Source: Callorhinchus milii (lineage: Eukaryota). From it: 64,000 nucleotides of DNA. The DNA lies in contig NW_024704742.1 in assembly GCF_018977255.1 (NCBI RefSeq), forward strand, positions 19,098,001 through 19,162,000. Direction: 5' to 3'. Positions 26,958-39,394 of the stretch are shown here, one piece after another. The position numbers and the translations under genes were made by a program. The notes under the pieces were generated by a model, which had not been told where the DNA came from, searched no databases, and saw nothing but the letters and a program-made list of their open reading frames with translations. Positions within the stretch are counted from its first letter, which is position 1, and every line of letters begins with the position of its first letter.

Positions 26958-27965
26958 AACAACAACAAAATTACATTTGTAAAGTGCCTTTCACATCGGG
27001 AGGACGTCCCAAAGCACTGAACAGTCAAGGATCAGGACCCGAGCGTGGGGGTGCAGATTTGGGATGAGGGAGGGCAGAGAGGTAGGAGGGCAGCTGAAGG
27101 CACAGTCGAAAATGAGGGTCTTGGGTCGAGCCTTGAAGGAGGCAAGGGAGAGAGCAAGCCAAAGAGATTCTGGGATGGAGTTTCAAAGGGTAGGGGCAGA
27201 GAGGCTGAAAGCCCCCCACCGATGGTAGGGCGGGTCGGGTGGGAGACATGGAGCAGGCTGGAGCCTGCTGAATGGAGGGAGCAGACAGGTTGATAGGGGG
27301 GTCAGCAGGTCCGAGAGGTAGGAGAGGGCAAGACCGTGTAGGGCCTTGAAAGTGAGGACAAGGATTTTGAATTCTATCCTCTGAGGGTTGGGGAGCCAGT
27401 GGAGCCGGGGTCACGGAGCCTGGAGAGGACATGAACTGCAGCTTGTGGAGGGAGAAATTGGGGAGGCCAACAAGGAGGGAGTTTCTGTAGTCGAGCCTTG
27501 AGTTGACAAATGCAAGTACGAGGGTTTCGGCGGTCTGAGGAGTGAGGAGTGGGGAAAGGCACAACGGGTCATACACGGATATGGGGGAGAAAGTACAGCT
27601 GAGGGTCAAACAAGATGTCCAGATTCCTGACTGGCTTGGTGAGGTGGAGTGTGCATACGTGGATGCTGATGGTGCCAGTGCCTGAGGTGCAGAGACGTTG
27701 GCTGAGCCAATGGGGGGGGAGACTCAGTCTTGCTGACATTCAGCTATAAAAAGTTGGCTCTCATCCAGGACTTAATTCTGACAGACAGTTTATCAGGATG
27801 TCAGTTTTCCTGGAATCGAGGGTGGAGACAGAGAGATAGAGTTGGGTGTCATCGCGTACATGTGGAGGTTGGCCCCATGTCTGGAAGGGGGAGCATGCAA
27901 AGGTTGAAGAGGAGGGAACTGAGGACAGAGCCCTGAGGAACACGGCACAAGTCTGAGGAACACTG
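26958..27965 (-). mobile_element. L2 LINE, 5'-truncated
   Basis: AETLVLAFVNSRLDYRNSLLVGLP and DDTQLYLS remnants; (TTG)n tail. Confidence 0.9.
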
Positions 27966-28189
27966 CACGAGCAATAACCACAGTTATTGGTAAAGAGTAA
28001 TTTTTAATAATCCTTAGAAAAGCATGTGATAGACAAATGGGGATATGGTAGTTACATTGCTGTATAGCCTACTCTAAAAGGCTTGGCTTTAAACGTGGTA
28101 GCCATAGCAACACAAGATTGTTGGGATTTTTAAAAAAATATAGAAACTTTGATGATAGAAAGTGAATTCCTGTTATGAATTCTGACTTG

Positions 28190-29030
28190 CAACAACAACA
28201 ACAACAAAATTACATTTGTGTAGCGCCTTTTACGTCAGGAGGATATCCCAAGGCGCTGGACAGATAGTTTCGGACCCGAGCTGGGGGGTCAGGATCGGCG
28301 AGGGTGGAGGGTGGGGGGGGGAAACAGGGTGATCGAAAGCACGGTCGAAGAGGAGGGTCTTGAGATGGATCTTGAAGGAGGCAAGGGAGGGGGCGAGGCA
28401 GAGGGACCGCGGGATGGAGTTCCAGAGGGAGGGGGCAGTGTGGCAGAAGGCCCGCCCACCAACAGTGGAGCGAGAGAGGAGGGGGATGTGAAGCAGGCCG
28501 GAGCCCGCTGAGCGGAAGGAGTGAGCATGCTACTCATGGGTTAGGAGGTCGAAGATGTAGGGAGGAGCAAGAGTGTGGAGGGCTTTGAAGGTGAGGACTA
28601 GGATCTTGAACTGTATCCTCTGTGTGATGGAAAGCTAGTGGAGTTGGACAAGAATGGGGATGATAAGATCACGGAGCCTGATTCGGGAAAGGACACGGGC
28701 TGCAGAGTTTTGGATGATCTACAGCCTATGGAGGGAAGAGTTTGGGAGGCCGACAAGCAAGGAGTTTGCATAGTCAAGCCTCGATGTTATGAAAGCATGT
28801 ATGAGGGTTTCGGCGGCCTGCAGAATGAGACAGTAGTGGTGGAGCCGGATGATGTTGTGGAGATGGGGGAAGGCAGAGCATGTCATGGCACAGATGTGGA
28901 GTACGAAGGATAGTTGAGGGTCTAACAAGACCCCAGTGTTCCAGAATGGCTTAGAAAGGTGGAGTGTGCAACCATGGATGGTGCTGTTGTCAGTGCCTGA
29001 GGTGTGGAGGCGCTGACAGGAGCCAACGGG
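28190..29030 (-). mobile_element. L2 LINE, 5'-truncated
   Basis: GVLLDPQLSF...AETLIHAFITSRLDYANSLLVGLP; (TTG)n tail. Confidence 0.9.
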
Positions 29031-29182
29031 CACAATATATGATTGATTATGTTTAAAAGGCATGTGAAAATCAATAGCAGAGATATTATTTCATCAATTA
29101 ATAATAAATAACAAGCCATACATATACATTGTGTATTAAAGCTTTGCCATGCCTATGCATTGATGTATGCATGTTGTAACAA

Positions 29183-29370
29183 TTATTTTTGGTCAGCCGG
29201 AGTCTGACACATGTGGAAATCCATCACCATCCTTCAGGGTCTCCAAACCAGACTGAAAGTTCCACATATGTATGACACCTACACACAGAAATTTACCTGT
29301 ATCTTGAATGGAAAGTGCACTGTCTCCCTGAAGGAACAAACTCTGTTACCTAATTCAGAAGAATAATAAG
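29183..29370 (+). repeat. Unclassified dispersed repeat copy
   Basis: ggtcagccggagtctgacacatgtggaaatccatcaccat...ccaaaccagactga is shared with 32660-34700, 38350-38540 (-) and 56428-56600. Confidence 0.6.
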
Positions 29371-29731
29371 TTCACACAATAGCAATCCAATTTTTTTCTT
29401 GATTGAATATTTCTTGACTTATGACATGAAGAGTTATGTTGTTGGCTGACCATAAAGGTTGGCCACCACTGGGATACAGGAGAGGCCATATGGGATAAAG
29501 GACAGTTAATTGAGGAGAATTGATTAGGAGTGATGGAGGCTCAACCAAACCTCAGTGTACACAAAGCCAACCAAACCTCATCTCACATAATATCAACCCA
29601 AACCTACCACACATAATACCAACCATACCTACAAAAACTAACTAAATATATACAGATATATATATGTACAGCCATAATCATTTAACAGGTAGAAACATGC
29701 AGATACCAACAAATTACTGCTAAGCAGTTCT

Positions 29732-29940
29732 CATAGAATCATAGAATCTTACAGCACAGAGGAGGTCATTCGGCTTATCATCCCTGTGTCGGCTCATCGA
29801 AAGAGCTATCCAATTTGTCCCACTGCCCCGCTCTTACCCTAGAGCCTTGCAAAATTTTCCTTTTCAAGTACCTATCCTATTCCCTTTTGAAAGCCAATAT
29901 CGAATCTGCTTCCACCACCGTGGAAGTGCCTTCCAGGTGA
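29732..29940 (-). mobile_element. CR1-like LINE 3' end
   Basis: catagaatcatagaatc is the reverse of the CR1 (ATTCTRTG)n tail, followed by typical 3'UTR sequence. Confidence 0.7.
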
Positions 29941-31561
29941 GATGTCTCATTTCTTTTTCCCAAACGTGTTTTATCTCCAGCACTCTAGCAGTGAGCAAGC
30001 TTCACAGCTTTGGCAGAGGCATGTATGTGTGGTGTTACTGAATTAAATTTACATGGTCGGTGCAGCCACAGACCAGCCATTTGATCTTTGCTTTGACGCA
30101 ACAGTCTATTGCAATATGTTTCAAAACATGATTTAAAGAGTGTTAGTAATTGTATGGGCTGTTGTTTTAATGTGTGCCTTAGAAAAGCTATTAGATAATC
30201 GAAATCATAAGGAACCCAAATCACTAAATCCTTTAAATGAAACATAAAAAGCAGTCAACAATAATAAGGCAGCAACATATCTATGAATTACTCATTTATG
30301 AACCTCAAAGTGATTGAATAAATGTGAATAAAAGAGTAAGTTGAAAAGCAGTTAGCTCCTTGCTGGTAGAGCTTGATGAATCACAGAGGTGTTCCTGACC
30401 ACAGACGTCTAATCCTTTCTTGACATCACTCTCTGACTGAATGGGAAGTGCTTTTGACATCTTTAATGGTACATCATTGAGGAGTAAAAAAGCAATTGAT
30501 CCCTCACATCTCACACACACAAGTATCATTAATGGCATTAAAATAGCCTTATTTGTGTCTGCTGTATGCAGTTGATCCTTTTCATGGCTAACAACATTCA
30601 CATGCCATTGCACACTAATTCCCTTTCTTCTTGAATGTCCCGTGGAGCTAATTGAATGTTCACTGCTGCCTGCAAGATGTAAATGGCTTGTGGGTCTTAT
30701 GCCTTTCTGAATATATTCACGGTTTGCTTATCACCAAGTGGCAGCATTTGCTGTTGTTAATAAGTAGTGGTCTTCTTTTATTAGTTGGAGTTACTATCCA
30801 GTTCAAAGAGTTAATCTGCATCTTCCAATGCAAAGTGAATACAAAGGAAGGGTGTGTGTATCTATGTGGGGAGGTGGGGGTGGAGTAACTTCATAAAAAT
30901 ATATCAGCATATAGGATCAAAAGTTTTAAGTATCAAATGTTATCCTGCTGTTGAAGATCCTTTCCAACCACTTTCTTTACAGTACACACTTTGCAGTACA
31001 AACTTTACAGTAAATCCTATGAAGTGTTTTGAGATGTCCTCTTGATGTGAAAGCGCTATATTAAACGTAAGGATTATTATGATACTTTAATTAGTTCCCC
31101 AGTATCTCCAGAATGCTACATAAATGGAATAAATCTGGACCCAGGTAGAATTGCTCCCCAACCGTGTCCTCTGACTGTTTCTACTGTCATTTCTAAGAAT
31201 TAAAATCAGTCCTAAACCCCGTGGTCTACTGAGTGATCAGTGATTTTATAATAAAAATTATAAAATTATAATTTACATTGTGGTCCCTGTAAATATTGAA
31301 ATCTTGCAACGCTCTTCACATGTATTTGCTGTGAAATGTTACTGTGCATTTGTAAGCAATCACAGCAGCAAATTTATACACAGCAATGTCCCCCATTCAC
31401 CCATGAAGTGAATGTTTCATTTATCTGGAGGATTTCTGTCCAAGACACTGGGAGAAATTCTCTTCTCTATTTGAAGAGTGTCATAGAGTCTATGACTTGC
31501 ACTTTAATAAGCAAACAGAACCTCGGTTTAACTTCTCATCCGAAGGATGGCACCTTTGACA

Positions 31562-31747
31562 ATGCCTCCTTCAAGTCCCGCCTCAAGACCCTCCTCTTCA
31601 ACCATGCCATCGGCCACCCGCCTTCCCTTCCCCTCTCTTACCCCCCCCAACCCCAGCTCGGGTCTGAAATGCTGTACACTGTCCAGCGCCTTGGGACGTC
31701 CTCCCAACGTGAAAGGCACTATACAGATGTAATCTTGTTGTTGTTGT
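31562..31747 (+). mobile_element. L2 3' tail fragment inserted in a minus-strand DeuSINE remnant
   Basis: SFKSRLKTLLF plus cagcgccttgggacgtcctcccaacgtgaaaggc...(TTG)n; the left flank aligns to the Deu core on the minus strand. Confidence 0.8.
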
Positions 31748-32730
31748 TTCTCCAATACATTGTAGGTATGTCAGCCAAGACTGTGAGTTTGATTCAGAAT
31801 GCAGAGATAGTTACCACAACCTTTAGTCGGGTGAAACTCAGAGACAAGAGTGATAACAAATCATCCAGTTTGACACCCTAGGATGTCTCAAGGTGGTCAC
31901 AGGACATATTTATGTCTACTTTGCAGTAAAAATAACAATCTTTTTGTAGGGGGATTGCTCACTATAATATTTAATTATTCAGAGATCAGCACATCATGAA
32001 CCCCATTGATTTTCAATAGTTAAGGATGGAGAGAGAAGTAGCCTTATGCTATTGACAGATGGAAATCACTCTATGATTATTACAATGTATTTCACCCGAC
32101 TAAAGAGCACGAGTAAATTATATAACCATGTAAATATTAAATACATGATATATAACAGGTGCTTTGCATCATAATCAAATCAGGACGCTAAACCTCCCTT
32201 ACTCTGTTACTATTAACTTTCATGATGACCCTTTTGAGACCAGTTCTTTGTCCTTTTCAGAAAGGGTCGGGACATTATAAACAGGAAACGCGACTGATGA
32301 GCACTGTGGCTTTCACGTGTCTTCTGTTTGGTTAACAACACAAGATCACAGAATTGATCTGGATAAAGAAGGCCCTTCGGTCCATTGAATCAAATCTTTC
32401 CATAATTCCCATTCTACTGTCCCCCCCATCGTGGCATTAAGCTGCTTTTCTGGTAACATGTTCCAGTCATTGATTACCCTCTACGTAAAGAAAAAAAGTC
32501 AGAGTATCTGTCCTGAAGTTACACCTTACAACTCTAAACCTATGTCCTCTTGTTCTGTTGTCTTGTTGCATCATGAAGTATTGATCTCACTCTACTTTCT
32601 CGATCCTTTTTAAAGTGTTATGCACTGCTATGGGATCCTCTCTGAGTTATTGTAAACTATTTTTGTGGGGGTCAGCCGGGTGTCTGACAGATGCAAAAAC
32701 CTATCACCATGCTTAAGAGTATCCAAATTA

Positions 32731-34584
32731 CAACAACAAGATTCCATTTGTATAGCGCCTTTCACATTGGGAGGACGTCCCAAGGTGCTGGACAGTGTAC
32801 AGCATTTCAGACTCGAGCTGGGGTCGGGGAGGGGAGAAGGGAGGGGAGGGGAAGGAGGGTGGCCGATGGCATGGTCGAAGAGGAGGGTCTTGAGACAGGA
32901 CTTGAAGGAGGCTAAGAAGGGGGCGAGACGGAGTGATTGAGGGATAGAATTCCAGAGGTTGGATGCAGAGTGGCTGAAGGCTCTCCCGCCAATGATGGGG
33001 CAGGTGGGTTGGGAGACGTGGAGCAGGCCGGAGTCAGCTGAGCGGAGGGTGCAGGCAGGTTGGTAAGGGGTTAGGAAGTCGCAGAGGTAGAGTGGGGCGA
33101 AGCCATGGAGGGCTTTGTAGGTGAGTACGAAGATCTTCAACTGGATCCTCTGATGGATAGGGAGCCAATGGAGTTGGGCGAGAGTGGGGAAGATGGGGTC
33201 ACCGAGTTTGGTGCGGGAGAGGACATGGGCTTCAGAGTTCTGGATTATCTGCAGCCTGTGTAGGGAGGAGTTGGGAAGGCTGACAAGCAGTGCGTTTGCA
33301 TAGTCGAGCCTAGAGATGGTGAAGGCATGAACAAGAGTTTCAGCGGCCTGAGGGGTGAGGTAGTAGTGGAGTCGGGCGAGGTTACGGAGGTGAGGGAAGG
33401 CAGAGCGGGTTATGGCTTGGATGTGGGGAAGAAAAGACAATTGAGGGTCGAACAAGACACCTAGGTTCCTGACTGGCTTGGTGAGTTGTAGTGTGAAACC
33501 ATGGAGGTTGATGCTGCCAGAGCCTGAGGTACTGAGGCACTGGCGCGAGCCAATCGGGAGGGCCTCAGTCTTGTTCACATTCAACCGTAGGAAATTTGCC
33601 CTCATCCAGGACTTGAGTTGAGGGTGGAGGCAGAAAGATAGAGTTGGGTGTCATCCACATACATTTGGAAGTTGACCCCATGTCTGTGGATGATGCCACC
33701 AAGGGCGAGCATGTAGATATTAAAGAGGAGAGGGGCAAGGACAGAGCCCTGGGTGACACCAGATGTGACAGTGCGGAGGCTGGAGGAGAAACCATTGGAG
33801 GCAAAAAAGTGGAGACGGTGAGAGAGATAGGAATCGAACCAGGCAAGGGCAGATCCGTGAAGATTAAGTAAAGAGGAGAGGCGGTGTATGAGGATGGAGT
33901 GGTTCATAGTGTCGAAGGCAGCAAAGAGGTTGAGGATGTCAAGGAGGTAGAGGGAGCCCTGATCACAGATGTTTAGAATGTCATTAGTGACTTTGACCAG
34001 GGCTGTTTCCGTGCTGTGGGCAGCATGGAAGCCGGATTGGAGGGGTTCAAAGAGGGAATGGTGAGAAAGAAAGGAACGGCTGGGACATGATGATTCATTC
34101 CAGGACCTTGGAGAGGAATGGGAGGTTAGAGATGGGGCAGTAGCTGGAGAGGAGGGATGGGTCCAGGGAAGGTTTTTTCAGGATGGGGGTGATGACGGCT
34201 GTTTTTAGGGGGGTGTGAACTGAACCTGTGGACAAGGAGAGGTTGATGACGTTGGACAGGAGAGGAGCCAGAAGGTGGAGTTGGGAGATGAGTAGAAAGG
34301 TGGGGATGAGATCGAGGTAACAGGTGGTGGGCTTGATTTTGCTAACGATTGCGGTGAGGGAGGAGGGAGAGATAGGGTCGAAAGAGTATAGGGGTGGACA
34401 GGTGGGGGGGTGGGTCATGAGGGAGAGGTGATGTGGGGGTGGCGATGGACAGGGTAGAGGTGGCTAAACGTATCCCCTCGATTTGGGATTCGAGGAAGTC
34501 CAGCATCTCCTCACATTTGGAGTTTGAGGAGAGGATGGGCGAGGCGTGGGAAGGTGGACGGAGGAGACGGTGGAAAAGAGGTGG
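32731..34584 (-). mobile_element. Longest L2 LINE copy (~1.85 kb, 5'-truncated, frameshifted reverse transcriptase)
   Basis: KTAVITPILKKPSLD...PISNLPFLSKVLE; GVTQGSVLAPLLFNIYM...[17 protein letters not shown]...SRLDYANALL...LHWLPI; flanked by the 6-bp duplication AAATTA (32725-32730, 34585-34590). Confidence 0.95.
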
Positions 34585-35039
34585 AAATTAAACTGAAGTT
34601 TACAGGCATCCCACCTATACATGACCATTCTCGTTTATTGGAATGCACATCCTCTCCCTGGAGGGATGCATCCTGCTTACCTAATTCCAGAAAGTATCAG
34701 GCTTGCAAGAATTCAAGGCTTGGGGATCCCAGAGTGTGTGTTGAGATACTGCTGGAGTCCAACCAGCTAAATCTCTATAGCTTGCCATGAAAGCTGAACT
34801 CTTTAAAAGCATTTGACGAGACCATGAACTATTTATATGGTTTATACCTGCGGTGTATAATGCATTTTGTTGGCGAACCACAGAGCCATGAAAAATTTCA
34901 CAACTGATTGTAAGAAACAATTTTGAAAATAAGCCATTCACCTTCCCTATTAATGTGAAGTAATTTCAATCATGAATGTAATGAGTTAGGTTATTTTGTT
35001 AAGATTGGGCAATTTATGAAGAGAGACAACATTGGACTT

Positions 35040-35770
35040 GTTTTGATTGGAGAAAGGAAGATCGAGTAGCAATATCATGCAGATTTTTAACCTGCTGAGA
35101 AGAACACACATTATAGATGTAAATATGTTATTTAATTTGGACTCTGAGTGCAGAACTGGAGGACATGAATACAAAATTAAGAAGCCTCAAGCAAGATGTG
35201 GGAATGAATATATTATTTTCCTGCAGATAATATATATCTGGAACAGACGCCATGCAAGGCATTCAATGTAATGTTGATCAATTACTTTAAAAATAACTGA
35301 ATAAATAGCTGCTTAGGAATGGGATTATGGATTCTGAGGCTACATACAGGCAGAAATGATTAAAGGATTTGTGCAAAATGATGGTTCCGGGGCTCCAAGG
35401 AGGTAAATGGGTAGAAATAATGTATTACGTAAATAGTTATTCTGCAGTTTTGCTTAGCTTATTTTATACAGGAGGTAGGAATTTTTCAGATCTTTCACGC
35501 TAACAAATCTAGAACAGGATTTAGGAGGAACATCTTTAGACAGAGGGTGGAGAGAATATGGAACTCATTATCAGAAGCCATGGTTGAAACAGAAAGCAAC
35601 AATCCATTTAAGAGGAAACTTGATGCATAAATAAGGGAAGGGAATGAAGGGATATAGTGGTTGGTTAGGAAAAGGGAATTCAGATGGATGAAGGCTCATG
35701 TGGAGAGTAAACACCAGCACAGACTGGTTTGGCCAAATGGCTTGATTTGGAGCTGTAGATGTTATGTAAA
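35040..35770 (+). mobile_element. Two CR1-like 3' fragments
   Basis: RTGGHEYKI remnant and ttaggaggaacatctttagacagagggtggagagaatatggaactc. Confidence 0.6.
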
Positions 35771-35857
35771 TAAGAGCTGCGTACAATGTATAACAGAAGA
35801 ATACAAGTGGTAATCTTGGAATCTTCTCCGTAAAAGAACTCACATAGTCTTCTAGAT

Positions 35858-36185
35858 CATGGATTTTCAAACTGGCTGGCTCGACAAGGTTACAAGATAA
35901 GGATTTTTTTTGTTTTTTCAGCATTTTGCCAAAGGTAAAGAAGCTGAGTGTAAAAAGGGGCCAAGCCTCGGAGAAGGGAGATAAAAACGAAAAAAACGCA
36001 GATTGGTTGTGCCTCTCCGTTTCAAATATCAGTTGCTTTCCAGCTCGGTAACAAGAGACCAAGCGGGACACAAGCCTATACCTCCTGAGGAGCACGCAAA
36101 CATGGTATGTTCTAGAAGGATGGTGGTGCGCATGGGACCTTAATGTCCAAAGTGGGACGCAGCTCAAAGCATTTGGGAACCGTTG
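35858..36185. mobile_element. hAT-Charlie-type MITE
   Basis: Imperfect TIRs CATGGATTTTCAAACT / ATTTGGGAACCGTTG flanked by 8-bp NTCTAGAN sites (ttctagat 35850-35857, ctctagaa 36186-36193). Confidence 0.65.
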
Positions 36186-36194
36186 CTCTAGAAT

Positions 36195-36535
36195 TAGATT
36201 GACACTGCAGTATAGTGCAGGGGGGTTCTGTGTTGTTGGAGGTGCTATCCTTCGGATGAGATGTTAAGTCAAGGTCCTGTCCGCCTGTTCACATGGATTT
36301 AACGGTCACATGCACAATTTGAAAAGAGAAGAGAGATTTTCCCGGTCCTGGTCAACAATTCCCCAAATAAAATTGATCATTCAAATTGTTTATGGGACAT
36401 TGCTGTGTGCAAATGGACTGTTGCATTCACTTACAAAATACAAAGTCACTATACTTTAAAGTGGATCCTGTAAAGCATTTTGAGACATCCTCCTGATGTG
36501 AAAGCCACTATACCAAAATACAAGGATTATTATTA
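36195..36535 (+). mobile_element. DeuSINE (full Deu core)
   Basis: ggaggtgctatccttcggatgagatgttaa...tgggacattgctgtgtgcaaatgg...tail (ATT)n. Confidence 0.75.
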
Positions 36536-36804
36536 TTTTATTTTTGTGTTCTATTATTTACATTATTCATATTACAGTGATTGTAAATGTTGGGATTGCT
36601 ATCAGTACTTCCATTTATAATGTTAACCTAATGCTGTGAAATATTATAACTATTATAACCAGCAGTCTATGACGATAAAAACATTCTTGAGGCATTTCCA
36701 AAAATGATGGTGAAAAGTTCAAAGTGAGGTGAAAGGAATCTCTCCAACTGATCTCTGACAAAACTGAAACTATTCTGCTCTGCTCCTGCCTTTTAAAATC
36801 CGGG

Positions 36805-37083
36805 TTCGGTCTGTCTGATCAGGTGGACGTTAAAGATCCCACAGCAGTATTAGAAATGAGAATGGAGTTTCTCCCAATGTTCTGGCCAACAAATCTCCAA
36901 ATAAAATTGATCATTCACTCCATGGGTGTTTGTGGGCCACTTCTGCGCAAAATTGGCTGCTGCATTTCACCCACAAAATACACAGTCACTCCACTTTACA
37001 GTGAATCTTGTGAAGCGCTTTGAGATATGTGGATGGCATGATAAGGCTTGATATCAAATGTAAGTATCAGTATTATTATTATT
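36805..37083 (+). mobile_element. DeuSINE, 5'-truncated
   Basis: caggtggacgttaaagatccc...gcgcaaaattggctgc...tail. Confidence 0.75.
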
Positions 37084-38134
37084 GTGCCTGAAGTGAGGAA
37101 GTACAGAGAGGAGCAAGTCACAAAATTGTGCCTCGTTGAGTCCATCATGAAAATAACAAGAAATGTGTCAAAATGGAATGTAATAATTGTTGCATCATGA
37201 CAACTACTATGGACAATGTATGTTACTTAGAGATTATGGGTGAGATTGTCTGCTTCCCAACGAGATCCTTATTCTCTTTCGAACACAAAGGGCTCGGTTG
37301 GGGCTGGGCTGGTGTAACTGCAGTCTGACAGTAGCCCAGCTCATTCAATATTTCAACATTTTCCTTTCTTTTATTTTACCTTGTCCCCCTGCCTCTCTTT
37401 TACCAAGCTTGATTTTATTTGAAATTGCATTTCTACACTGCAAGAGATATACAAAGAGCAATCGGTGTGATAATATATTTGTTTGCATGCTAAATCACTC
37501 ACTCCTATATACTCATCCTGAAAAAAATCAATATTGTCTTCTGATTAAAGACTAACTTTAATTACAATGGAGCTATGTCTCTCTGACAAATTGAGGAGCT
37601 CAGTATCTGTGCGTCAGTCATATCTTTCTGTTTCCATCATTGCTGCATAAACAGTTAGAATGTATTATTTATGAGTGCTCTTGGCAAGGTTAGTATATTA
37701 TTCAGTAAGGGCGCACTCCCAATATATCTGTCAGCAAGCAGTGAAAAATACCCAGCAAATTGTGCATAGAAGAATATTATCCAGACTTTTAGCCCTGCCA
37801 CACATCAGAAAGAATGCACAAAGTTAAATGTGATATCTAGAATTATGATTCTACTCAATCTGCATCTTCTTAGTCCACTGGAGTTTTGAATAGTCTTTCT
37901 GTTTTGAAAGAAGCACAAGATATGCATTTTCAATAATAACTGGCAAGAAATTACATACACATTTCTAACATCAAAATTATTCCAAAATAACATAGTTTTG
38001 GAGGACATAGTTTGTTAAAACACATACTAAGTTCTTACTTTTTTTCAATCGTTAATTGTTCCTCATTAATGGATAAGGTTCAGACCAGCGTCTTTTCTGA
38101 CGCATTTAAACCAGGTGACTGGTATTAACAGGCT

Positions 38135-38330
38135 ACAAGGCCGGTCTCAAGACCTTTCTCTTTGACCGTGCCTTCAGCTCCTCTCTAGAATCTCTACCCC
38201 CTCCTCGCTCCCTCCCTTCCCTCACCCTGACCATTTCCCCCCTGCTCGGGTCCTGACCTAACTGTACAGCGCCTTGGGACGTCCTCCCGACATGAAAGGC
38301 GCTCAATAAATGGAACCTTGTTGTTGTTGT
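38135..38330 (+). mobile_element. L2 3' tail fragment
   Basis: caaggccggtctcaagacc...cagcgccttgggacgtcctcccgacatgaaaggcgc...(TTG)n. Confidence 0.8.
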
Positions 38331-38349
38331 GGTTACAGTTCAAGGAACT

Positions 38350-38540
38350 ATCACTTTCTGGAATTAGATAAGCAAGAAGCATCCCACCAGGGAGAGAGGA
38401 CACATTCCATTCCAACAGGACTGTCTTTGGAATTTCCATGTGTAGGTGGGATGCATGGAATTCTCAGTTTGGTTTGGATACTCTTACGCATGGTGATGGG
38501 TTTCTGCATATGTCAGGCAGCGAAATGACCAACAAAATTA
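38350..38540 (-). repeat. Unclassified dispersed repeat, uninterrupted copy
   Basis: Its reverse complement joins the two flanks of the L2 at 32731-34584. Confidence 0.7.
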
Positions 38541-39257
38541 TGCTGGATTGGGCAGGAGGTAAGACTGGGAACCTGTTTCTTTCAGTCAAACATTCGTTTT
38601 TTTCAACTATTGCTGCTTTCAATTATAAATATCTTTCTCTTGCTGTGTCGATGTAGCACTAGCTAAATATAATTTTTTTTATCACTTTTGAACAAAAAAC
38701 TGTCATGGAATCTGCATGTATATTCTGGAAAAGCAACGTATGCTGGGATTAAAGGGAAATATGGGACTTTTCCCCATGGAAACTGCAGATCGACATAAAT
38801 TCTCATTCGCCTCTCATCTTGTTTCCTGATGTGACATAACTTTCCTTTGAAATTGGCTTTTGAAGGTTCAGACTATCAAAATCCATTTCTGGAATTCAAT
38901 TAAACTGTAGATGGCAATATTTTGTGAATGTCTATACAAATTACCATTATCAGAGTCACAGTAATAGCATTCTTTGTGCAGAGCACAGTTACCCATTTCC
39001 CCCTCAATCAATCAATTAATCAATAAGATTTAGGGAAGCTCAAACCAGGTCTGCAGTGGAGTAAAATAATGGCATTCATATCTCAGTAGTTTTGAGTTCA
39101 AACCCTGAAGGCTGTAATCAAATTATAGCCAGATATTGCAATTATCACAGCTCTCTGTAGGAAAATTGCTGTTCATATGTTTTGTATTGAACTCCCTTGA
39201 GACTTTTCTGCAGGCTATTCCAAGGTAAGAACTATGCTGTCAGCTGACTATTCCTAT

Positions 39258-39394
39258 TGCTGCGCGCAATTGGCTTCCGCGTTTGCCCACAACTATACAG
39301 TAAATTCACTTTACAGTATATTCTGTGAAGCGTTTTCGGACGTCTAGAAGACGTGAAAAGCGCTATATCAAATGCAAGGATTATTATTATTATT
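39258..39394 (+). mobile_element. SINE 3' fragment
   Basis: gctgcgcgcaattggcttccgcgttt...aaaagcgctatatcaaatgcaagg(ATT)n. Confidence 0.8.

Noticed and set aside
29540..29635. Four degenerate ~25-bp aaccaaacct repeats
   Set aside because: Short eroded tandem repeat with no further structure.
32284..32302. Hammerhead ribozyme (gaaac...ctgatgag)
   Set aside because: Core words are present but I could not build stems I-III in a valid topology.
32628..33605. 325-aa ORF as a host gene or active LINE
   Set aside because: It is the C-terminal part of L2 ORF2; the upstream RT is frameshifted, endonuclease and ORF1 are absent, and the ORF reads through into flanking DNA.
35571..36167. 198-aa minus-strand ORF
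   Set aside because: Spans a CR1 remnant and a hAT MITE; no recognisable domain.
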